Assembly (NCBI RefSeq): GCF_006345805.1
Contig: NW_021829610.1
Span: 1-32,149, forward strand
Length of the DNA: 32,149 nt
Reading direction: 5' to 3'
DNA from: Octopus sinensis
Lineage: Eukaryota
The notes beneath the pieces were generated by a model. It did not search any database and was not told the origin of the DNA. It saw only the letters and a program-made list of their open reading frames with translations. The position numbers and the translations under genes were made by a program. Shown here one piece after another: positions 22,420 to 32,149 of the stretch (positions are counted from its first letter, which is position 1; each line of letters starts with the position of its first letter).

Positions 22420-22795
22420 TGCTTCTTCTTCTTCTTCTTCTTCTTCTTCTTCTTCTTCCTTCTCTTCTCTTCTTCTTCTTCTTCTTCTTCTTCTACTTCT
22501 TCTTTTTCTCTTCTTTTCTTCTTCTCCTTCTTCTTCTTCTTCTTCTTCTTCATCATCATCTTCCTCTTCTTCTCCTTCTTCTTCTTCTTCTTCTTCATCA
22601 CATTCTTCCTCTTCTTCTCCTTCTTCTTCTTCTTCTTCTCCTCCTCCTTCTTCTTCTTCTTCATCACATTCTTCTGCTTCTTCTTTTTCTTCTTCTTCTC
22701 TTTCTTCTTCTTCTTCTTCTTCTTCTTCTTCTTCTTCTTCTTCTTCTTCTTCATCATCATATTCTTCATCATCATCTTCTTCATATTCTTCTACT
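22420..22795. repeat. About 375-bp (TTC)n-derived polypyrimidine/polypurine tract
   Basis: Direct reading; source of the poly-K and poly-E ORFs. Confidence 0.95.
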
Positions 22796-23352
22796 CCTTC
22801 TGTGTACCTCATTTTCCCGCATCTTGTTTATGGATGTTATCTCTTTCATTATGAAGGTAGAAGTAAAACAGATACCAAAAAAAAAAAAATGTTAATCTCT
22901 TTCCGCCTTTGTTAATCTCCAAATGTTTTAGTTTTAAATCAGAAATACGTAATAAATGCTTGGTTTGCCACAAGCCAATGTTTTTATTGACTTTGCTTAC
23001 TGACTAAGGCGATACAAGTTATTAATTACCAATAAATGGACTGATTTTCATCCGATTCATAATCATTTTCACTACTCCTATGTTTCTTTCAGCTACAAAC
23101 TCCCATCTGTCCTTCTCTGTACACACAAACACATTAAACAACACACAGACACACACAGAAGCACGCACACAGACACAACACACACACGAGCATGCATTCA
23201 GGCATGTAGGCGTGCATTCTCACACACGGGCACATACACAAATATATATATATATATATATTACATGTTTGTATATGTATTTGCGCCCATAACTAAGCAT
23301 GTCAGTAAATATATATATATATTATATATATATAATATATATATTATATATA

Positions 23353-23385
<33 letters not shown>

Positions 23386-23650
23386 ATATATATATACACA
23401 TATATATATATATATTTATGTATGTATGACTATGGTGTGTGAACTGTGATCTCAACTTACGATAGCATGGAATCAAAGATATATATGTATATATATATAT
23501 ATATATATGTATTTATTAATTTAGACCAAGTTTAAACACCCTGGGCCAGGAATACTAAAACAAAAGATAAGTCCTCCGAAAAAGGAAAAAAATTCTTTCG
23601 TGCAAATCTGACCCTGATACATACGATACAGCTAAGGGTCAGACCCGATT

Positions 23651-24076
23651 CTGATTGGTCAACAAGTTGATGACGTCTAGCTCTGCTAGAATGGACAGGA
23701 TACAAACAGGGGACAGTCATTAGTCAGAATATTGATGACGTCCTTTTCTGCTTGACTAGTCACCTAACAAGTACAGACAGGGGGCAGATCTAATGTAGCA
23801 TAAGTCGTGATTGGGCAGAATCTGGACGGCGTCCGTTCTGCTTGACTAACGAAGCGACTGGTCAAAACAGGAAACCAAACAAGAGGCAGTTATAATGCAG
23901 CGATTGGTCAAAATAATGATGACGTCCGTTCTACTTGACTCACGAAAACTGGTCAAAACAGGAAACAAACACAGAGGCAGTTATAATGCAGCGATTGGTC
24001 AAAATAATGATGACGTCCCGTTCTACTTGACTAAGCCACCTAACGAAACAGATTGGTCAAAACGTTGATGACGTCA
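23651..24076 (+). promoter_or_regulatory. Tandem array of six inverted-CCAAT plus CRE-like modules (putative NF-Y and CREB/ATF enhancer)
   Basis: ATTGG(-like) at 23654, 23719, 23810, 23903, 23994 and 24052, each followed 17 nt from its start by TGACGTC(-like) at 23671, 23736, 23827, 23920, 24011 and 24069; the last is a perfect TGACGTCA. Confidence 0.7.
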
Positions 24077-24107
24077 CGCTACGCTGGATTGACCACCTAA
24101 CAGGCAT

Positions 24108-24191
24108 TATAAAACCGAGCACTTCACAAAAACTCACTAGAACCACCCAGCGAACTTCCACCATGGGTCATCACAATTGCTTAAGGTAAAA
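24108..24191 (+). promoter_or_regulatory. Putative core promoter: TATA box, Inr-like TCACT, Kozak ATG, possible splice donor
   Basis: TATAAAA 24108-24114; CTCACT with A at 24136 (28 nt after the first T of TATA); CCACCATGG with ATG at 24163; AAG|GTAAAA at 24185/24186. Confidence 0.5.
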
Positions 24192-24549
24192 ATGAATTCT
24201 CGCTCTTTCGGAAAACATCAATCTTGTATTGACCGCTTTCCACCACTTTGATCTGTTTTTTGTATTGAATACGTATCGCCACCGTGGGCCACTGCAACGA
24301 ACACTTTGAACATATACTTCAAACTATATATCAACTATACTTGAACTATTATATCAACTATACATGAACTCGAAGATGTCTGACTCCGTTGTGTATATAA
24401 ATGAATTTCTTGTGTTTGACGGCATGAGCTGTCTTTTTTTATATATAACCTTTTTTTTGATAAGGTTCATTTCAGGAACTGAAACATGTTATAATGTATA
24501 TATAAAAATTAAAAATGTATAATACAGCAGCTTTTCGAACTTCATTTTT

Positions 24550-24583
<34 letters not shown>

Positions 24584-24586
<3 letters not shown>

Positions 24587-24755
24587 GATAAAAATGGTAA
24601 GATAACAAAAGAAAGAAAGAGACCTCGATATTATGTAAATAGAGGAATTTATCTATAAATGTAATATGTGATAATTATTCGGTAGCCATGATAAAACTCC
24701 GAGTCTCGGATGCCGAGGTGGAACTCCACGCTGCCATCTCTTCAGTTATCCGGCC
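24584..24755 (-). mobile_element. Second type of Penelope-like terminal-repeat remnant abutting (TA)n
   Basis: Contains a CTGAAGA...GA(G)AC hammerhead-like fold; 3' end runs into (TA)n at about 24555-24583. Confidence 0.5.
24690..24750 (-). ncRNA. Type I hammerhead-like motif with long stem II, core A14G
   Basis: GATAA-CTGAAGA-GATG...GTGG(AGTT)CCAC...CATC-C-GAGA-CTC-G-GAG-T-T-TTATC: stem I GATAA/TTATC, near-palindromic stem III ACTC-G-GAGT. Confidence 0.5.
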
Positions 24756-25001
24756 ATCGGAAAAAAATGCTATGAAAAATGACCGGAAAAATTAAGTACT
24801 CGGGTCGATTTGTTTGACGAAATTCTTCAAAGTGGTATTACAGCATAAACTGAATCAATTAAAATACTAAGATGTGTCGCACCAAGTTTCTAACATCACA
24901 GCAACGGCATGAGACCGTAGCCAGCCTGCGAGAAACATGACTTTAAGAACAAAAGTACTTGAAAACGATTAAATTCTACCACAACACTTTTGATCATATA
25001 T

Positions 25002-25235
25002 TTATTTCTTTATTATCCACAAGGGGCTGAACACAGATGGGACAAACAAAGACGGATATAGGTATTAAGTCGATTACATCGACACCAGTGCGTAACTAGT
25101 ACTTAATTTATCGACCCCGAAAGGATGAAAGGCAAAGTCGACCTCGGCGGAATTTGAACTTAGAACACAGCGGCGGACGAAATACTGCAAAGCATTTCGC
25201 CCGGCGTGCTAACGATTCTGCCAGCTCACCGCCTT
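25002..25235 (-). mobile_element. SINE family B, long-tail type, full length
   Basis: 12-bp TSD ttgatcatatat at 24990-25001 and 25236-25247. Confidence 0.93.
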
Positions 25236-25565
25236 TTGATCATATATCTACTAGACGTGTCTTCATTTGAAGCTAAGGTACAAAAGCGTCATATTCAGTT
25301 CTCACTTTATACCTAAATCACGAAAACTATTGAAATACGTCGAAGCTACAGAGCTGACAACTATACAAGAAGTGAGCTTTATTTCAACCACTGCGGGCGG
25401 GTGCCGAAGGAAATCGTACACGTTAGGAATTTTCCCTCGCAATATATCCCTTCTTAGGCGGTGAATTGGCAGAATTCATAGCATAGAATACGTCATAGTA
25501 TTCGTGCCAGCGAATGTTTAACTAATTCAGAAGTCGATAATAAACCGAGTACATCTTCAACTGTA

Positions 25566-25920
25566 AAGGCGTATGGCTTAGTCGTAAGCGTACTTGGTTC
25601 ACGGTATTGATGTCATGAGTTCGATTATCGGTGGCGGGCTCTGATCTTGATTAAGGCACTTTATTTCACGTTGCTCCAACTCAGCTGACAAACATGAGTA
25701 GTAAATGCGTTTCAAAGGGCCAGCACTGTCACGTTCGGTAACACGCTGAACCTCCCCGAGAACTACGTTAAGGGTACGTGTGTGTGTGCGGGGGGATGCT
25801 CTGTCACTTGTACGTTAATTTCGTGAGCAGGCTCTTTTGTCTATCGAATCAACTGGAACCTTTGTCGTCGTAACCGACAGAAGGCCGGTTTTCTTTAACT
25901 ACTACTACTACTACTACTAC
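25566..25920 (+). mobile_element. SINE family C, diverged, with (CTA)n tail
   Basis: Aligns with the reverse complement of 14968-15291 (ccccgagaactacgttaagggtac, gtcgtcgtaaccg). Confidence 0.88.
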
Positions 25921-26014
25921 TTGATGATACAACCCCAATAGCTTAGCGGTTAGGTCAGCCTACCAATGAACGGGAAGCCAGTTTGACTCAGAGTTGCACG
26001 TTTCCCTTTGATAT

Positions 26015-26127
26015 GTCGGGAGTAACGTGAATTGAAGTGTTTTGTCCAAGAACAGAACACACCACCGGTCTGAGCAATCGAAACCACGAGCTTCCGATCA
26101 ACAATCTTAGAACTAGGCCACGCACCT
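26015..26127 (-). mobile_element. Decayed SINE C/D head fragment
   Basis: Reverse complement aggtgcgtggcctag...tttcgattgc...gttcttggacaaaacacttcaattcacgtt. Confidence 0.6.
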
Positions 26128-26171
26128 GATTATATAAATGTGTGCATGCGCGTGTGTACACGAGTGCGCAA

Positions 26172-26206
<35 letters not shown>

Positions 26207-27863
26207 GTGTAACATTTCGGTGTGCTACGAGATATTGACAGTTAGATAGATAGATAGATAGAAGACAGACAGAGAGTGAGAGAGAGGTTTTATTACTTTT
26301 AAATGTATTCAGTGTGCATCTTATATCATCTAAACGATGGTATACAGGGACAGTTTATTTATAATATTGCAATATAGAGGAGGAATAATGGTTCTTCATA
26401 ACACAATCAGTCAGATTTCTTTCAGACATTTGGTTGAGGCATTTCGCATGAGATCAATACCACCAAGATAAGTTAATACATACCTGAACATTTTATAGAG
26501 AGTTTCTGTCCAACTATTCTATTAAATTAAATTCATCGATCCTGATTTATTAGCCTGCAGCGATTCATTTTCAAACACTGCGAACTCGTGACCAGCTACG
26601 ACGTTAGAATTTTACTGGTTTCCATTACTGGGCGAATTTTTCAGATATTCTGCCAACGTTCTATTCAGTTAATTTATATCTAACAATATAGCGTTTTGAG
26701 GTTTTGTTTAAACATAACAGATGCCTAACAACAGGTCATAGATGTTTGCTTTTCTTAGTTAATGCCTCTTCAGTGATATATATATATATGTATGCATGCG
26801 GTCGTTTAGATATCGATATATTGCTTGAGAGACGCTGTACGATTCATGTCGATAACTTTCTTGATTCAACAGTAACAGCGGTTTTTACTTGATGGGAAGA
26901 AAATGGGAGTGAAACACATTTTGTTGATACAGAATTATTTTAAGCGAGGAAGAGAGAAAACTGATTTGAAGTCATGCTTCGAATTAAACAAAATGCAATA
27001 AAAAAAATCTAGAGAAGTAAAAGTATTTGAAAGAATAAAAAAGAGAATTTGGCAAGTAATCAACGATTAACGATATATGTTACAGAATTAATCGTTAAGA
27101 ACTTTCAAAGTTTATGTTGCAAAGTTCAATAGAGCGTTGCGATTGTTGGAGATTTTAAAGTAACAAATAGAAGTAATTAGGCCTATACAGTTGGTCACAG
27201 ATCATTTGGCTTATGTTGCCTGTTATCTCTAATTTTAATTCTACAGCATTTTTCTCAACATATCTATTTGAATGTTTCACTATTGAAATTATACAAATAT
27301 GTAAATTGCACAGAACGCTTCGCAAACACTATACAATAGAAGTATTATCTACCAAACTCGCCTTGGCAAGCCTGTAATCGATATGAAGAAGGATTTGCAC
27401 ATTAATCTATCAAAACTAAACTGAAATGAAAGATAAAATAACACTAAAAATTAATCGAACAATCACCTTTTTTTCCCGTTAGAGCCTGTTGCCTAAGCGT
27501 TTAAGGAGTTTCAGAAATACATAATATTCATTATACAAGATTGCTTACAAATATGGAGCATTCTCATTAGGCAGAAACCAGTCCTGATGGTTGATATTGT
27601 GAACTCTGCACTATAGAAGTCAGGTTCTGAGCTTATGTTTGATCGTAGTTTGGATTTATTTCAAATTAGATATTGTATATCTACGAGATAATTTGAACAT
27701 TGAAAATGATTTTCACTCATAAAGGTTAGATTGATTTCAGTTCTATATTATGATACATAGGTATTTTAAATAATTGCAAGAGAGATTCTTCAAGTCTAGT
27801 CAACCTTTAGAGGATGTAGGGGTAGATAAAAAATGGAACGGCTTGCTAGCATCCATAGTCTGA

Positions 27864-28080
27864 AAGGCGGAGAGTTGATAGAATCACTAGTACCCCAGGT
27901 AAGATGATTAGTGGTATTTCATCCGTCTTTATGTTCCGAGTTCAAATTCTATCGAGGTCTACTTTGTCTTTCATACTTTCGGGGTCGGTAAACTAAGTGC
28001 CAGTTGAGAACTGAGGTTGATGTAATCATCTTAATCACATCCACGAATTATTGGCCTTGTGCCAAAATTTGAAGCCAATA
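27864..28080 (+). mobile_element. SINE family B, short-tail type
   Basis: Head, core and tail; near-TSD catagtctga / catagtttga (27854-27863, 28083-28092). Confidence 0.85.
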
Positions 28081-28624
28081 TTCATAGTTTGAGATGGTGG
28101 CACTTGGAAATCCAGCGGGATATTCTCACGAAGGTTGTTTCTGATAGATTTTTATCAAGGAGGGAACGGCACTCGACCCCCACGAATCTTCTCAGGAGAA
28201 AACTGACGTAAATATATTAGTGGCACAATGAAAATATGAATGTTGAGTAGCAGCATTTTCATAATGAAAAGAGTAAAAAGTGTGTGTGATTTGATGAGAT
28301 ATTCCTAAAATAATTAGAATATCTTTCTGAAGATACGAGTTCATGTTTCATTGCTTTAATAAAAAAATTATACCGCTTTTTTTTTACACGGGTTTAATTA
28401 ATACAAAGATGTGTGTACAACATTTGCGCAGTAATATGTCAGTGTGTTTATGCATACACATATATACGCATACGTGTTATACATACATGTTATACGTAAA
28501 CACTCACAGTGACACTTACGCACACATCATGTATTCATATGTATGTATGCATGTAGCTATAAATATGTGTGAGTGCCAGCGTGTTCTTGTATATTTGTAT
28601 GTATATGTGTAGATATATACCTTC

Positions 28625-28670
<46 letters not shown>

Positions 28671-29174
28671 TGTGTGTGCGTGTGTCTTTGTGCGTGCGTG
28701 CGCATGAGATTTTTGTGACATCAGTTCTATATCAATTCTTAGGATGAGAATAAATTTCCAGAAAACATTTGCGTAGAATAAATGTCGTTTGGTATTTTCT
28801 TTGAATTCTTTTGCCATATTTCTATTTTTTATGCATATGCAGTAAAAAGGTCCACAAAATGTAATTTTATTAATACAAAAGTGAGCAATATTTGTACAAT
28901 AATAGAGCCTATTATTCGGAGTACAATTAAGTTATATTCTTTTCTATTTCCGTATAGTTTTAACATCAAATACATTCGTTTGTAGTCGATGCATGTGTTA
29001 CTGTAATTTAAATTCATAAATATCTTCAAAGCATTTCGTTTCGTTTTGATATCATTACGATTTCCTCTTTTATTTTCACTCAGTTCAACAAAACAATTCT
29101 AAATTTTAATAGAGACAAATGTGAAAGCAAAAGAATAATGAAAAAAATATTCATTTCAAAAGATGATTTATTAT

Positions 29175-29210
29175 ACGCAATATATAATATAATATAAAAT
29201 ATTATATTAT

Positions 29211-29271
<61 letters not shown>

Positions 29272-29322
29272 ATTTATTATGCGTTAACAATCTCTGCTTT
29301 CATTATACGTATGTATATATAT

Positions 29323-29390
<68 letters not shown>
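29175..29390. repeat. Long (TA)n tracts
   Basis: Direct reading. Confidence 0.95.
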
Positions 29391-29392
<2 letters not shown>

Positions 29393-29635
29393 GCAGTAAA
29401 AATATCAGTAACTCTGCAGTGACATCAAATATGATATCTAGGGAAACATATACAAATATATTTCAGCAAAAGGCCATCAGTCGAATGAGAGATAGACAAA
29501 TGAGAGTGTGTTATTGCTGTGATACTTGTCCACATTTATCATTCAACATATAAAACAGCACAAGGAGTAATTAAACTAAATATGTTCACCTCACCGACAA
29601 CTTTACTATTTTTCTGTGGACATGTTACCAGTGAT

Positions 29636-29725
29636 TTATATATATATATACATCCAACCACACCAACCCACATGCATATACGTATATGCACACACATACA
29701 CATATATACTTCTATATTTTTATTT

Positions 29726-29769
<44 letters not shown>

Positions 29770-29998
29770 CATAAGTATGCGTATGTGTATATATGTATAT
29801 ATGCATATATATAATAATACATAAAGATGTTTGTATATACATGTATATGTATAAATATATATATGTATATACGTATATACACACCTGTATATACACACAC
29901 ACATATATATAAATATATATGCCCCTATAATGTATAAATATGCATGTCTATGTGTGTATGTGTGCCCGTGTGTATATTGGTGTGTGTATGTTTGTGTG
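29636..29998. repeat. Degenerate (TA)/(CA)/(TG) low-complexity field
   Basis: Direct reading. Confidence 0.9.
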
Positions 29999-30532
29999 TA
30001 ATTCTATACAGAGTCTTTTCTGTTTTTCAAATCTACATATATTCGAAATATCTATCTTCCTACACAAGCATTATTAATAGACTGATCCGATGAACCAGAG
30101 ACAAGTTGTACATTCCAGAATGCACATAATTTTAATGAGAAAAACATCCATAAATATTTTGAGATTCGGAAAATACTATTCGAATTGTTCTGATATGTCA
30201 GATTCTACTAAGAGTTGAACAACATGCTGTCCTATATTCGCTTTATTTTTTTCAATTTTTGATTTCGAATCTTTGCAACAACATTGACCTTCATCCATAT
30301 ATGTATCCAGTAAAACAGATTGCTATAAAATACTATTTGATATCTTTCCTTAGAAACCAATCCTTTATCACTGAGCGAAATGTCCTGATGCTATCGTCAC
30401 TACACACTATGGTACTCGAGTCTTGGCGTACGCTGGTCAGTTGATGATCTCTTGACCTTGTATCAGTTTCTATATCATAATATAATTTTTACTTTCTATT
30501 ATAGGTATATATATTTTCAAAAGTTAGACAGT

Positions 30533-30694
30533 AGGTAAGTAGCTTGCTTAACAACCACATGTTTCCAGGTTCAGTTCCACTACGTGGCCCCTCGGGCAAG
30601 TGTCTTCTACTACTGCCTCTGGCCTACCAAAGCCTTGTGAGTGGATTTGGTAGACGGAAAATAAAAGAAGCCCTTCGTATATATGTATATACAT

Positions 30695-30747
<53 letters not shown>

Positions 30748-30974
30748 AGATGTGTGTGTGTATATGTTTGTGTGTCTGTGTTTGTCCCCCCAACATCTCT
30801 TGACAACAGATGCTGGTGTATGTCCCCGTAGCTTAGCGGTTCGGTAAAATAGTGCGATAGAATAAGTACTAGGCTTACAAAGAATAAGTCATGGGGTCGA
30901 TTTGCTCGACTAAAGGCGTTGCTCAAGCATGGCCACGGTCAAATGACTGAAACAAGTATAAGAGTAAAAGAGTA
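30533..30974 (+). mobile_element. SINE family A, slightly 5'-truncated, expanded internal (TA)n
   Basis: Aligns with 92-514 and 10464-10869. Confidence 0.9.
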
Positions 30975-32149
30975 TGGGCAAAATACATGAAAACTGGTCG
31001 AAAGTTTAACGGAGAGAAAAGGGAGACAAAAACACGATACTAGGGACATTTGCAGCTGGTTTTATCTTCAGTTGGTTTCCGAGACGTTTTAGTCGTTTCA
31101 CGCTATCTGTAGACAATTCGGTTTCGAAGTATAAATACAAAAATCATAGTATGAAATTCGTTGCAAACATAGTTTCGATCTGCAGATTCTAGGTCATGGC
31201 CCCAACGTACTTCTACTATGAAACAATTTTTATAGAAATTAAATAAGTTTATAATGTGTTATTTCCTATATTCTCTGCTCTGGATTACATTACTTTTGTC
31301 GCATCATCCATTATATGCTATTAACTCATTTCTCTGCATTGGAATGTAATAAATATACGAATGAGAATAACATTTTGCGAGGCCGGTATATCAATTTTCT
31401 TACTGAACAAGAACATTTCACTCTGCTGATAATCCGGAATTCGTATCTGAGTAACCACATGCACTGCAAATTTTTCTCTTCCTTTGGCATGTTGGGATCA
31501 GCCAGAAGCCAAACCAATTCTATAAAAGTTTGCTTTAGCGCAGCACAGCATAACAAGTGAACATTCTAGTACAACACTACAGGTAAAGAAATCCTTATCA
31601 TAACATCGTGATATATTAGTGTCCACGGGAATATATGTACCATATCATATTGGCTCTATTTTTGTGTATATTCACCGTATGTAAAAATCTATTTCACTCA
31701 GTCGAAGATAAGCTGACGCCTTTGCACGTCTGTCTTGTCCAAAGCCAAATCAACCATCGTCTCTCCATTTTGGGATATATATTTCATTACAATTTATAAT
31801 AATTGGTAAATAAAAGTGAAACGTTTTGACATGAATAAAATAATATACCAATTGACAATAAGGGAGTATATATTTTTAAATAAATATATTTTTAAAGCTT
31901 CAGTTAATTCGTGATAACACATCCCTGTCACGAGAGACGGTGTCACAATAACATCACTTTCTTTTAGAAGGGAAATGCATCCAAAAACCACATTAGTTTT
32001 CAAACATACATTCCATACCAAGTCAATATGGAGTGAAATTATCGCAATTACTTGACTTTTGAGCGACTTAGCTTCAAAGAGAATATTAGGAGTTTAAATT
32101 GAAATGTGAAACCGCATCTCGATCTCCATCCATTTTGTGTTTTTATTCA

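Noticed and set aside
22329-22812. 151-aa poly-K and 132-aa poly-E ORFs
   Set aside because: Both are readings of the same (GAA)n tract; the acidic frame slips into K/R and there are no convincing splice signals.
23641-24076. CRISPR-like or histone-promoter reading of the repeat array
   Set aside because: Eukaryotic context, degenerate repeats with homologous rather than unique spacers, no cas genes; the downstream ATG does not start a histone.
30080-30330. Minus-strand frames faintly like an RTE RT C-terminal region; similar hints at 16150-16500 and 26900-27500
   Set aside because: Similarity is by eye only, with many stops; needs a profile search.
31315-32021. 76-81-aa ORFs and weak hAT-like words (DLALDKTDV on minus, TSLSRETV on plus)
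   Set aside because: The motifs lie on opposite strands and are too short; no coherent transposase or exon.

Overview
AT-rich, microsatellite-dense eukaryotic non-coding DNA. The SINE families and repeat style look like an octopus (coleoid cephalopod) genome; this is from recognition, not a database search. Almost all ORFs in the supplied track are artefacts of microsatellites or SINEs. The window holds about 25 tRNA-head SINE copies of four working families (A-D), decayed RTE-LINE and Penelope-like (PLE) coding relics, one TA-flanked MITE and one decayed foldback. One plausible internal coding exon (7476-7610, minus strand) suggests much of the window is intronic. Highlights: (1) three short PLE-type remnants next to (TA)n tracts that fold as type I hammerhead ribozymes with non-canonical cores; (2) a six-fold CCAAT/CRE array with an invariant 17-nt offset, followed by TATA, Inr and a perfect Kozak ATG; (3) head-to-tail SINE concatemers sharing one junction, one bracketed by a single target-site duplication (TSD).
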